64,000 nt of DNA from Squalus acanthias. Taxonomy: Eukaryota. The stretch is from the NCBI GenBank assembly GCA_030390025.1, contig JASTWF010000166.1:682001-746000 (forward strand), read 5' to 3'. Positions 1-12,660 of this stretch are shown here, piece after piece (position 1 is the stretch's first letter; every line of letters starts with the position of its first letter). The position numbers were made by a program, and so were the translations under genes. A model generated the notes under the pieces. The model worked only from the letters and a program-made list of their open reading frames with translations, did no database searches and was not told the origin of the DNA.

Positions 1-1654
1 TCACCTTGTCTGGTCCTTGAAGCAACGTGCCAATATTGACACCGATTCTGAAGTAACAACTGTTAAGAATCAGCGGGGAATCTATAGATTCTCCAGCCAG
101 GACTCTGTTAAATAGACAGGGGCCTGACTGCGTGATGTACGTTAGCACAGTTCTCCGTATCACCCGGGGGAAATAATCACTTAAATATTTTGAGGAATAT
201 AAACGCATTTCTGTTTCAAACTCACTTTTCCTGAGACAATACATAGAGACACTAATCATTCTTCACAGTGCGGCTTTCTGGACAGTTCGCTCAAGTGAAT
301 TGTATGGCGTAGGGGAACGATTTTGCCTCAGCGCCATGTATTGGAATTAGAGGGATGTTTTGGGGATGGAGTCACAAGAGGAGCCTTAGACAGCCCCAAC
401 CCCCCTCCCCATTTTTTACGCCATTTATAAAAAGAGTGAAATTCTGTTATTTTTATTCCACCCATTTCCTTCAAAGTCATTTCAATTTGACTGGAGTAAG
501 CAGATGTCCCTTTTGTGTTGGGTAGACCATAAATTTGTGAGAATGGATGGAGAAAGGGCACTCCAGCTTTCTATAGCAATACTATACTATATTATACCAT
601 AGCTGATATATTAAAACAATCTCTCCCTGCCGTCTGATTTACTGCAGTTTCAGTTTACTATGATTTCAAAAACTATCCTTTTTAAAGATTCCGATGAATC
701 CACTCAAGGGCTAGATTGTTCTCTCTTATCTAAAAATGCTAGGCCGGCTAATGAAATTGTGGCAACATGCAGTTCCTGAGAGTATGATTTTGTTTCTATT
801 TATGGAAAGAATAGTAACCAATTATAAGCACCGGTAATAACCATCATTTAATTTTTCTCTAGCAGTTAAGGAGCCACTGAACTGCTCCTATTGTTGAAAA
901 CATCACCAGTCTAGCTGTGGAGTGTGTCATTTTGGAGAAAAACACTCAATAGAAAATTCCAAAAAGCAGAATTGCTGATGAGACCCCACCCATGTTGGCA
1001 ATGGAGCAATGACAACTGGTATTTGGTGGTTGAGGACATTCCTCAAATTTGCCAAAGGAACAAGGGTAGCAATGTGTCACCAGTAGTACCAGTGGGGTGT
1101 GCCAAAACCCCCCAGAAAATATGGGAGTAGGTCTGAAATTGGTGGCAACACAGAAGAGCACAAAGGTAAGACTCGAATATAACCAGAAAGTACCAGCAGC
1201 GGATGCTTAGACACACAAAGGAATGTAGTACATCTGTAAAAATAACCACTGTGACAGCACAAAGAAATGTTATCAGAGATGTAAGAAGTAAGGTAGAAGA
1301 AAAATAGCAGGGTTTGTATTGTATTATACATCCTATGATGAGAAAAAGAATATATTGCAGGAAAGAACTTCCTTTGGTCAAATCATCCCGTCACAATTCC
1401 CTTTGCTGTTAGTTTTAAAGGCAAAGCTGACATATAACAATGTGGAAGAGATGTTTTTGGGATGTAAAGAACTACTGGTATATATTTTAATTTTCATGCC
1501 TACAAACACCAGGCATGTGATGTTCACACATGTGCACTTCCAGCAAAACTCACTGGATAGCAGACAGGAGTGGAATTCCAAACTGATTTTATCTATTTTA
1601 ACCAAGTTGCACTGAGGCCAATTGTATCCTTTCTACCACTCTCCCCAGTAGAAG

Positions 1655-2897
1655 CATAGAATCATAGAATTGTTACAGCACAGTAGGAGGCCATTCGTCC
1701 CGTCGAGCCCATGCCGGCTCTCTGCAAGAGCACTTGAGCTAGTTCCAATCCCCTGCCCTTTCCCCGTAGCCCTGCAAAATCGGGTATGTATTTAATTCCC
1801 TTTTGAAAGCCATGATTGAATCTGCCTCCACCACCCTTTCAGGCAGTGAATTCCAGATCCTAACCACTCGCTGCATAAAAAGCTTTTCCTCATGTCACCT
1901 TTGCATCTTCTGCCACTCACCTTAAATCTGTGTCCTCTGGTTCTCGACCCTTCTGCCAATGGGAACAGTTTCTCTCTATCTACTCTGTCGAGACCCCTCA
2001 TGATTTTGAACACCTCTATCAAATCTCCTCTCAATCTTCTCTGCCCTAAGGAGAACAACCCCAACTTCTCCAGTCTATCCACATAACTTAAGTCCCTCAT
2101 CCCTGGAACCATTCTTGTAAATCTTTTCTGCACCCTCTCTAAAGCCTTCACATCCTTCCTAAAGTGCGGTGCCCAGAATTGGACACAATACTCCAGCTGT
2201 GGCCGAACCAGTGTTTTATAAAGGTTCATCATAACATCCTTACTTTTGTACTCTATGCCTCTATTTATGAAGCCCGGGATCCCGTATACTTTTTTAACCG
2301 CTTTCTCAACCTGCTCTACCACCTTCAACGATTTGTGCACCCAGATCTCTCTGTTCCTGCACCCCTTTTAGAATTGTACCCTTTAGTTTGTATTGCCTCT
2401 CGTTCTTTCTACCAAAATGTATCACTTCGCACTTTTCTGCGATAAACTTCATCTGCCACATGTCCGCTCCTCCACCAGCCTGTCTATGTCCTGTTGAAGT
2501 TTATAACTATCCTCCTCACTGTTCACTATACTTCCAAGATTTGTGTCATCTGCAAATTTTTAAATTGTGCCCTGTACTCCCAAGTCCAAATCATTAATAT
2601 ATATCAAGAAAAGCAGTGGTCCTATACTGACCCCCGAGGGGCTCCACTGCATACCTTCCACCAGTCCAAAAAACAACCGTTTACCACTACTCTCTGTTTC
2701 CTGTCACTTAGCCAATTTTGTATCCATGCTGCCACTGTCCCTTTTATTCCATGGGCTTCAACTTTGCTGGCAAGCCTATTAGGTGGCACTTTATCAAACA
2801 CCTTTTTGAAGTCCATGTACACCACATCAACCGCATTGCCCTCATCAACCCTCTCTGTTACCTTATCAAAAAATTCAATCAAGTTAGTTAAACATGA
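1655..2897 (-). mobile_element. CR1-clade LINE, 3' part (decayed RT, CATAGAAT-type tail)
   Basis: ORF fragments VRPQLEYCVQFW, LERVQKRFTRMVPG, VYMDFKKVFDKVP; continues at 6304 after the Penelope insertion. Confidence 0.93.
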
Positions 2898-2961
2898 AAT
2901 AAAAACAGAAACTGCTAGAAATACTCAGCAGGTCAGGCAGCATCTGTGGAGAGAGAAACAG

Positions 2962-2998
2962 AGTTAACGTTTCAGGTCGATGACCCTTCATCAGAACT
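2962..2998 (-). ncRNA. Minimal type I hammerhead ribozyme motif (Penelope family A)
   Basis: AGTT-CTGATGA-AG-GGTC atc GACC-T-GAAAC-GTT-AACT: both core boxes, stem I, stem II and palindromic AACGTT. Confidence 0.75.
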
Positions 2999-5900
2999 GG
3001 AAAAAGTTGGAGATCGAACAGGTTTTTAAGCAAGTGCAGGGGCAGGGAAAGGGGGGAGGGGAGGAAAGAACAAAAGGGAAGGTCTGTGATAGGATGGAAG
3101 GAAGGAGAGATTAAGAGACATTAAGAGATGATGCAAGGCAAAAGGAGATGGTAATGGGACAAGTTAAGAAACAAAAGATGGATCTAGATGAAGTGTAACT
3201 AGCAGAATGAAAGACAGCTGCCATGTGGGAGAGAGAAATAAATAAATAAATAAATAATGAAATAAATGGGGAAAAAAAGAATAGGGGCAGAGGTTATGGT
3301 CTAAAATTGTTGAACTCTATGTTGAGTCCAGAAGGCTGTAAAGTGCCCAATCGAAAGATGAGGTTCTGTTCCTCGAGTTTACGTTGTGCTTCATTGGAAC
3401 AGTGTAAGAGGCCGACGACGGTGAGGTCTGAGTGGGAGTGGAGCGGAGAATTAAAGTGACAGGCGACCGGAAGCTCGAATGGACTGAATGGAGGTGTTCT
3501 GCAAAGCGATCACCCAATCTGCGTTTGGTCTCCCCAATGTAGAGGAGACCGCATCGTGAGCAGCGAATACAGTATACTAAATTGCAAGAAGTACAAGTAA
3601 ATCGCTGTTTCACCTGGAAGGAGTGTTTGGGGCCCTGGACAGTGGGAAGGGTGGAGGTAAAAGGGCATGTGTTGCATCTCCTGTGCTTGCACGGGAAGGT
3701 GCCGGGCGAAGGGGAAGGGGTGTAGGGGGTGATAGAGGAGTGGACCAGGGTGTCGCGGAGGGAGTGGTCCCTTCGGAATGCTGAAAGGGGAGGTAAGGGG
3801 AAGATGTGTTTGGTGGTGGGATCACGCTGGAGGAGGTGGAAATGGCGGAGGATGATCCGTTGAATGTGGAGGCTGGTGGGGTGAAAGGTGAGGACAAGGG
3901 GAACCCTATCGTGATTCCGGGAGGGAGGGGAAGGGGTGAGAGCAGAAGTGCGGGAAATAGAACGGACACGGTCAAGGGCCGTGTCAAGCACAGTAGAGGG
4001 GAATCCTCGGTTGAGGAAAAAGGAAGACATGTCGGAAGCACTGGTATGGAAGGTGGCATCGTCAGAGCAGATGCGGTGGAGATGGAAAAACTGGGAGAAT
4101 GGAATAGAGTCCTTACAGGAAGCGGGGTGGGAGGAAGTGTAGTCCAGGTAGCTGTGGGAGTCAGTGGGCTTGTAGTGAATGTTTGTCAATAGCCTATCCC
4201 CAGAGATGGAGACAGAGAAGTCAAGGAAGGGAAGGGAAGAGTCGGAGATGGACCATGTGAAGGTGAGGGAAGGGTGGAAATTGGAAGCAAAGTGAATGAA
4301 ATTTTCTAGTTCAGGGCGGGAGCAGGAAACAGCACCGATACAGTCATCAATGTACCGGAAAAAGAGGTGAGGGAAGGGACCTGAGTAGGACTGGAACAAA
4401 GAATGTTCCACATATCCCACGAAGAAGCAGGCATAGCTGGGACCCATGCGGGTTCCCATAGCAACAACTTTAATTTGGAGGAAGTGAGTGGAGTCAAAGG
4501 AGAAGTTGTTCAATGTGAGAACAAATTCAGCCAGGTGGAGGAGGGTGGTGGTGGATGGGGACTGGTTGGGCCTCTGTTCAAGGAAGAAGCAGAGCGCCCT
4601 CAGGCCATCCTGGTGGGAGATGGAGGTGGATGGAAGTGTAGAGGGATTGGACGTCCATAGTGAAATAAGACGGTTGGGGCCAGGAAACTGGAAACTGTTA
4701 AAGTGATGGAGGGCGTCAGAAGAGTCGCGGATGTAGGCGGGAAGAGACTGGACAAGGGGAGAAAAAATAGAGTCGAGATGGGAAGAGATAAGTTCTGTGG
4801 GGCAAGAACAGGCTGAAACTATGGGTCTACTGGGGCAGTCCTGTTTGTGGATCTTGGTAGGGAGGCAGAGCGGGCTGTGCGGGGTTGGCAGCCGTGGAGG
4901 GAAGATCTCCAGAAGAGATGAGGTCAGTGACAGTCTTGGAAACGGTGGCTTGATGTTCGGTAGTGGGGTCATGGTCCAGGCGGAGGTAGGAGCAGGTGTC
5001 GGACAGTTGGCGTTCAGCCTCCGCTAGGTAGAGATCGGTTCACCAAACAACAACAGTACCACCCTTGTCAGTAGGTTTGATGACAATGTTGGGGTTGGAT
5101 CTGAGAGAATGGAGTGCTGCAAGTTCAGAGGGAGGTAGGTTGGAGTGAGTGAGGGGAGCAGAGAAATTGAGATGGCCGATGTCACGCCGGCAGTTTGCAA
5201 TGAAAAGATCTAGAGAGGTTAAGAGGCCAGAGGGAGGGGTCCAGGCAGAACGAGAATTCTGAAAACGGGAGAAAGGGTCAGCTGTGCGGGGGGAAGACTC
5301 CTGGCCAAAGAAGTGGGCACGGAGACGAAGGCGGCGGAAAAAGAGCCCAGCATCGTGCCGAGCTCGAAATTCATTGAGATGGGGGCGTAAAGGGATGAAG
5401 CTCAGGCCTTTGCTAAGAACTGACCGTTCGGGGTCAGAGAAGGGAAGGTCAGAGGGGATGGTGAAAACACGGCAACACATGCCCTTTTACCTCCACCCTT
5501 TCCACTGTCCAGGGCCCCAAACACTCCTTCCAGGTGAAACAGCGATTTACTTGTACTTCTTGCAATCTAGTATACTGTATTCGCTGCTCACGATGCGGTC
5601 TCCTCTACATTGGGGAGACCAAACGCAGATTGGGTGATCGCTTTGCGGAACACCTCCATTCAGTCCATAAGGGTGACCCCGAGCTTCCGGTCGCCTGTCA
5701 CTTTAATTCTCCGCTCCACTCCCACTCAGACCTCACCGTCGTCGGCCTCTTACACTGTTCCAATGAAGCTCAAAGTAAGCTCGAGGAACAGCATCTCATC
5801 TTTCGATTAGGCACTTTACAGCCTTCTGGACTCAACATAGAGTTCAACAATTTCAGACCATAACCTCTGCCCCTATTCTTTTTTTTCCATTTATTTTATT

Positions 5901-6167
5901 ATTTATTTATTTATTTATTTTTTCTCTCTCCTACATGGCAGCTGTGTTTCATTCTGCCATTGCCATTTACACTTCATCTAGAGCCATCATTTGTTTCTTA
6001 ACTTGTCCCATTACCATCTCCTTTTGCCTTGCACCATCTCTTAATGTCTCTTAATCTCTCCTGCCTTCCATCCTATCACAGACCTTCCCTTTTGTTCTTT
6101 CCTCCCCTCCCCCCCTTTCCCTGCCCCTGCACTTGCTTAAAAACCTGTTCGATCTCCAGCTTTTTCC

Positions 6168-6204
6168 AGTTCTGACGAAGGACCATCGACCTGAAACGTT
6201 AACT
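6168..6204 (+). ncRNA. Minimal hammerhead ribozyme motif (family A, stem II partly mutated)
   Basis: AGTT-CTGACGA-AGGaccatcgaCCT-GAAAC-GTT-AACT. Confidence 0.65.
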
Positions 6205-6303
6205 CTGTTTCTCTCTCCACAGATGCTGCCTGACCTGCTGAGTATTTCCAGCAGTTCTGTTTTTATTTCAGATTTCCAGCATCCGCAGTATTTTGCTTTT
6301 GTA

Positions 6304-6855
6304 TTAGTTATACATGATTTGCCTTTAACAAATCCATGCTGGCTTCCCTTAATTAATCCACACTTGTCCAAGTGAGTGTTAATTTTGTCCCGGATTATTG
6401 TTTCTAAAAGCTTCCCCACCATGAGGTTAAGCTGACTGGCCTGTAGTTGCTGGGTTTATCCTTATACCCTTTTTTGAACAAGGGTGTAACATTTACAATT
6501 TTCCAGTCCTCTGGCACCACCCCCGTATCCAAGGAGGATTGGAAGATTATGGCCAGTACATCCGCAATTTCCACCTTTACTTCCCTCAGCATCCTAGGAT
6601 GCATCCCATCCAGTCCTGCTGAATTATCTACTTTAAGTACAGCCAGCCTTTCTAGTACCTCCTCTTTAGCAATTTTTATCCCATCCAATATCTCAACTAC
6701 CTCCTCTTTTACTATGACTTTGGCAGAATCTTCTTCCTTGGTGAAGACAGATGCAAAGTATTCATTTAGGACCTCAGCCATGCCCTCTGCGTTCATGCGT
6801 AGGTCTCCTTTTTGGTCCCTGATCAGCCCCACCCCTCCTCTTACTACCCGCTTAC
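6304..6855 (-). mobile_element. CR1 LINE continuation (5'-truncated)
   Basis: GVVPEDWKIVNVTPLFKKG...NYRPVSLTS and [11 protein letters not shown]; collinear with 1655-2897. Confidence 0.92.
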
Positions 6856-8059
6856 ATTGAGACCAGTTAACTCAGCAAATACCTTGGGATCTTACTGTGC
6901 ACTGAGTCGTGGGGGGAGCTGCTGATTATTTATATTTTTTGGTAAAATTTATATTGGCAGGAAAAAAACTCAGTTAATTTAATACAATAAAAAATACTTC
7001 ACAACTGTTAGATTATATTACATAATATATGTATAGCTTTCCACGCCTTTGCCCCATCATATCTCTGAAACCTCCATCAGCCTTATATTCCCCCATCTCC
7101 CCACAACTTTTGATCTTCCAACTCTTGCCTTTTGCACATTCCGCGCTCCCTTTATCACACCATTTGCGGATGAGACTTCAGACGCTCCCTCAGTAAGCCC
7201 CTCTGCCTCTCCACTTCTTTCTCCACCTTTAAAAACCTCAAAAACCCAACCTTTCAGCCATCTCTCCCAACTCTCCCACCATGGCTTGGTAGCCATTCCA
7301 TTATTTTATTTTTTTCTACCCCCTTGTCTTTGGATATTTTCTACATTAAAGATGTTGTATTAGCGCAAATTGTTGTTGTATGTATGTAATTTATTTGTAC
7401 TGGGATCCTGAGATTGATTGTAACCCACCTCTGACTTATCTGGTGAAATATTTCTCTTTTAAATGTACGTGGAACATATTGGCAAGGATTACAATATTAA
7501 GTGATGGTTAATACAGGGTACATCAGCTTTCTGTTATTACCACTTTCAATTTGCTGGCCAGAAAAAAATGTGATAATAGGGTAAAGAATATCTGCAACCC
7601 ATTACACAGCAGAAATTGTGAACTACAAATGGTTTATAATTTCCCCTCAAAATTACATCACAGGTATCCATTATCATTCACTGTATGTTCTGTTTCAATA
7701 TTATATGGGAGTTTTTTTGTCAATTTGTATACTTGCTATGCTGCCAGTATCAGTGTCCTCCATTTCCTTGTCGTATTGATATTCAGACAAGATTATTGGT
7801 TTATGAAATCATCACTATAGAATTATCAAGAAATGCTTTACATGCAGCATCATTACCAAGAAATTGCATGTTCAGTATTTATTACATGTTGGCTAATAGT
7901 TAACAAGCACTGAGTTACGAGGCAGTAAATCAATCTTGTGGCTTTGATGATCTCATAACCAGACAGGACAATTTAAGCAGTTCATAATAATTAATTAACA
8001 GTTTTCCAAAATGAATAATAGTTCACTGCTATGGCTCTGACAATGGTCAAATGAGTTTA

Positions 8060-8375
8060 TGAGCCATGCTGACCAGGCAGGTTCCAGGTACAATCTCCAG
8101 TTTGTGCTGAGTTACCTGAGATCAACCTAGGCATTGGTAGAGGCTCGATAAATGTCAGTACCCCGCAGTTAAGGAGAGGATTAATCAGCCCAGGTTCCAG
8201 CTGCTGATTACTATCCAGCAACTGCTACTGAAAGTACACATGGGAGGACGTTGATTGCACTTGCCTGTGATATGGTTACGGGCACGTACTTTGACAAGGT
8301 ATCAGAGGATGTCTGGTGACTATGGAACTACCCTAGCAAAGAGTTAACACTTTCATGAGAGGAGACAGAGAGAAA
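8060..8375 (+). repeat. Old dispersed SINE-like family, unclassified (related copies near 38320-38590, 44620-45010, 58500-58870, 62395-62725)
   Basis: Shared motifs tgtgctgagtta, agccagggttcc..ctcctgatcact, cttcaggaRRRgagg in several copies; ends approximate. Confidence 0.5.
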
Positions 8376-8902
8376 ACTGTTGTGAAAAAAAATACTTGCT
8401 TTCAGTGATATTTTAGTATAATGATCAACACCATTTAAAAATGTTATAATGCTATCACCCACTTAATTATTTTTAAGTAGATGTTACTGGAATTTGGAGA
8501 AGCTTTTGGTTATATATTATTGGGACTTTTGTTTGACTTATGAGACAAGAAAATTAAGAGTAAAGGGGACAATTGATATATTTCAGCTTAGGGCAATACC
8601 AGCTGGAGTTATGGTACATCTGCTCTTATAAAAGCTTTACTGTCTGTGTATTGTCTGTAACTGACCTGTGATATAGGTGAAAGGGTTCTATAGACAACAT
8701 TTGAGTTTCTTGTTCCAGTTTCCTCCCTCTTCTCCCTTCCACTCCTAAAGATACTGCCACAAATTGGAATATAATTCCATGGCACTCGTCCAAGTGATCA
8801 TTCTTTATATATGAGCCTGAAAAGTGAATGCTTATCAGGGTTTTTAACCATGAAGTACCACATCTTGCCGAGTCCTGTTATTATTCAAGACAGACACATA
8901 TA

Positions 8903-11270
8903 CGAGTTAGGACACGGGCAGCCGAGTTTTGGCTGAACTCAAGTTTACGTAGGGTAGAATGTGGGAGGCCGGCCAGAAGTGCGTTGGAACAGTCAAGTCT
9001 AGAAGTAACAAATGCATGGATGTGGGTTTCAGCAGTGGATGAGCTGAGGCAAGGGCGGAGATGGGCGATGTTACGGAGGTGGAAATAGGTAGTCTTAGTT
9101 ATGCCGCGGATATGTGGTTGGAAGCTCATTTCAGGGTCAAATATGACACCAAGGTTGCGAACAGTCTGGTTCAGCCTCAGACAGATGTTAGGGAGAGGGA
9201 TGGAGTCAGTGGCTGGGGAACAAAGTTTGTGATGGGGACCAAAAACAAAGGCTTCGGTCTTCCCAATATTTAATTGGTGAAAATTTCTGCTCATCTAGAA
9301 CTGGATGTCGGACAAGCAGTCTGACAATTTAGAGACTGTGGAGGGGCTGGGAGAAGTGGTGGTGAGGTAGAGCTGGGTGTCGTCAGCGTACATGTGGAAA
9401 CTGATGCTGTGTTTTTGGAAGATGTCGCCAAGGGACAGCATGTAGATGAGAAATAGAAGGGGACCAAGAATAGATCCTTGGGGGACACCAGAGGTAACGA
9501 TGCGGGAGCAGGAAGAGAAGCCATTGCAGGTGATTCTCTGGCTAGAACATAAGAACATAAGAAATAAGAGCAGGAGTAGGCCATACGGCCCCTCGAGCCT
9601 GCTCCGCCTTTCAATAAGATCATGGTTGATCATTGACCACAACTCCACTTTCCCGCCCGATCTCCATATCCCTTGATTCTCCTAGAGTCCAAAATCTATC
9701 TTTCTCAGCCTTGAATATACTCAAAGACTCAGCATTCACAGCCCTCTGGGGCAGAGAATTCTAAAGATTCACAACCCTCTGAGTCAAGAAATTCCTCCTC
9801 ATCTCAGTCTTAAATGGTCTACCCCTTATCCTGAGACTATGCCCCCTAGTTCTAGACACTCCAGCCAGGGGAAACAACCTCTCAGCATCTACCATGTCTA
9901 TCCCCTTTAGAATCTTGTATGTTTCAATGAGATCACCTCTCATTCTTCTAAACTCCAGAGAGTATAGGCCCATTCTACACAATCTCTCATCATAGGACAG
10001 CCCTCTCATCCCAGGAATCAATCTAGTGAACCTTCGTTGCACCGCCTCCAAGGCAAGGCTACGATTAGATAGATAAGAATGGAAGTCCCACCCAGCTGGA
10101 CGACGGTGGAGCTGCGTTGGAGAAGGATGGAGTGGTCAACTATGTCAAAGGCTGCAGACAAGTCAAGAAGGATGAGGAGGGATAGTTTACCTTTGTCACA
10201 GTATCAAAGAATGTCATTTGTGACTGATGAGAGCCGTTTCGGTACTGTGGCAGGGGTGGAAACCTGATTGGAGGGATTCAAACATGGAGTTGCGGTAAAG
10301 ATGGGCATGGATTTGAGAGGCGACAACATGTTCAAGGACTTTGGAGAGGAAAGGGAGGTTGGAGATGGGGCGGTAGTTTGTAAGGACGGAGGGGTCAAGG
10401 GTTTGTTTTTTGAGGAGAGTGGTGATGACGGCAGATTTGAGGGAGAACGGGACAGTACCTGAGGAGAGCGAACCGTTAACAATGTTAGCTAACATAGGAG
10501 CCAGAAAAGGAAGTTGGGCGGTCAGCAGTTTGGTGGGAATAGGGTCGAGGGAGCAGGAAGTTGGTCTCATGGACAAGATGAGCGCGGAGAGGTCATGAGG
10601 GAAGATCGGAGAGAAACTGGAGAAAGATGTGAGTTCAGGGCTAGGGATGTTTGGCCTGGTGGGCTAGGGGAAGGAAGGGAAGTGGCAGAGGCAGCTCAAT
10701 GGATGGTCTCAATCTTAGAGACAAAGAAGTCCATGAGCTCCTCACACTTGTTGTCGGAGGTGAAGGTGGAGGGTGGAGGAGACAGGGGAGAGGGGTTTAA
10801 GAAGATGGTTAGCAGTGGAGAATAGGAGCCGGGTTTTATCTTTGCATTCAAGAATTATTCTGGAATAATAAGCAATTTTTGCAGACGAGAGCAGGACCCG
10901 ATAATGCTTTTGGTGGTCCAGGTAGATCTGGCGGTGAATGGCTGAACCAGTTGTCTGCCATATCCGTTCAAGTCTGCGACCCTTGGACTTAAGGGAGTGA
11001 AGATGAGGGCCTTACCAGGGGAACAGTCAGGGTGAGAGAGAGTAATTGTTTTAATAGGGACTGGGGCATCAAAGGTGGTGGTGAGGGTGTGGTTGAGCAG
11101 ATCGGTAGCTGTAGAAATGTCATGGTGAATGGAGGGCCAAAGGCTGAAGAGTTGGGATTTCGTAAGTGCAGTTGTAAGAGAGTTGGGAGAGAGTTTTTTT
11201 CCAGGGGCGGACACAGAAGGAAGTAGGGTTGGGCGAATGGAGAGTTCTGAAAGAGTGACACTAAATCCAC
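8903..11270 (-). mobile_element. L2-clade LINE fragment (decayed RT), interrupted by CR1
   Basis: [52 protein letters not shown]; ends approximate. Confidence 0.92.
9545..10056 (-). mobile_element. CR1 3' fragment nested in L2
   Basis: CATAAGAA-repeat tail; ORF EAVQRRFTRLIPGM; 5-bp direct repeat ggcta at 9540-9544 and 10057-10061. Confidence 0.9.
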
Positions 11271-11479
11271 ACAATCATTTTTTTTTTGTCAGCTGGGTGT
11301 CTGACACATATGGAATCCTAAAAACAAGCTTAAGAATTTCCAACCCAAACCACTGATAAATCTACATAAGTATAGTTCCTGTTTACCTGATATGGAGTAG
11401 ACACTTACTCCCCATTGGGACACATCCCACTTACCCAGCCCCAGAGAACTTGGACACAAGTTGGCAAGAGAAAAGGCTT

Positions 11480-11830
11480 AGAAACATATAATTATAATTT
11501 TACAGCACAGAGGAGACCATTCAAGCCATTGCATCTATGACAGCTCTCTGAACGAGCTATCCAAATAGTCCCATTCCCTGCTGTTTCCCCATACCCATTA
11601 AAAAAATTATTTTCCAAATATTTATCCACTTTCCTTTGAAAAACTATTATGGATTCTGCTTCTATCACTGTTTTTGGTAGCCATTCCATGTCCTAAGAAC
11701 CCTGTGCGTAAAAAATCTTCCTCTAATCTTTCCCTTCATTTTTCTCGGGAATGATTTAAAATTTATGCCAGCTAGTTACCGATTTGGCAACTAGTGGAAA
11801 TAGTTTCTCCCTATTCACCTTCTCAAAAGC
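11480..11830 (-). mobile_element. Degenerate CR1 3' end
   Basis: Similar to 1670-2000 (ggagaccattcaagcc, ctgcttctatcact, gtttctccctatt). Confidence 0.65.
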
Positions 11831-12279
11831 CCCCGTAGTGACTTCTGATTGTGTGCAGGGATACTCTTAAAGTTTAAGCAGCTAAAATTGCATACCTTAC
11901 CAGTACAGAACACTGCTAAACCTTTCACTTTTTATCCGGCTGTGACCATCCCACCCATTAGGGCATTAGAGAGTTATCTGGAGCTGAATGGAAAGAATCC
12001 CAGTCCTCAGTGAGAGATCTGTGTCTCTTGGTTCCATTAGTGAGCCACACTGGCTGTTGAATCAGAATACCGCTAACCTTCCTGGCTTAGGTATCTGATT
12101 ACCAAGAGTAGCACAGAGCATCAACTTAGTTCCGATCTCCCATCACCAGGCATATCATTTCAGATCCAACCCGACCCCAAAGTGACCCTGTTGACCTCCT
12201 CCCCAAGGAGGACAGTCAAGTGATAATCCAAAAGATAACACTGAATATGGTCAACTTTTCACTTTCACAGGGTTCAACG

Positions 12280-12660
12280 GGGGTGAATTTCCACAGTGGT
12301 TCTCCCGATCATCAGTTGTAACTTCAGATGAGCTGTGGACATCGGAAAAACAGCGTAGATGGCATTTACATCATTTTGAAGGTTTCCAGAGCTTTTCCAC
12401 TGAAGTTATGGTGTTTGTTCGGGAGAAACCCCCGAGGAAATTCACCCCAGGGGTACATCTACGCAAGGCTTCTACTGATCGTCCACCATAGCCTGCACCA
12501 GAAGAGCTGCAAAAATCTGGAAAAACGTTGGGGATAAATTTCCCTGGGCTCTCCTTCTCGTCCATCGTAACTTTGGCGGAAGAGCCGTGGAAACCCCAGA
12601 AAAGCAACATATACACCGTTTATATCGTTTTCCCATGGTTATGGTGGGCAAGGAAATTCC
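12280..12660. mobile_element. MITE cluster: one complete element 12280-12448 plus adjacent partial copies
   Basis: Perfect 13-bp TIR GGGGTGAATTTCC / GGAAATTCACCCC; related element at 55460-55586. Confidence 0.75.

Larger units (their letters stand above)
2898..6303. mobile_element. Penelope-like retroelement (RT plus GIY-YIG) with inverted duplicated 3' end, inserted in CR1
   Basis: Minus-strand RT (MGTRMGPSYA, FFRYIDD) with frameshifts; GIY-YIG VYCIRC...YIGET on both strands; arms 2898-3675 and 5472-6267 are inverted; 14-bp flanking repeat ttagttaWacatga. Confidence 0.93.

Noticed and set aside
3317-4972. 551-aa ORF as an active Penelope protein
   Set aside because: It is 5'-truncated, split from 5040..5480, and has frameshifted segments at the N-terminus, near 4620-4660 and in the GIY-YIG C-terminus.
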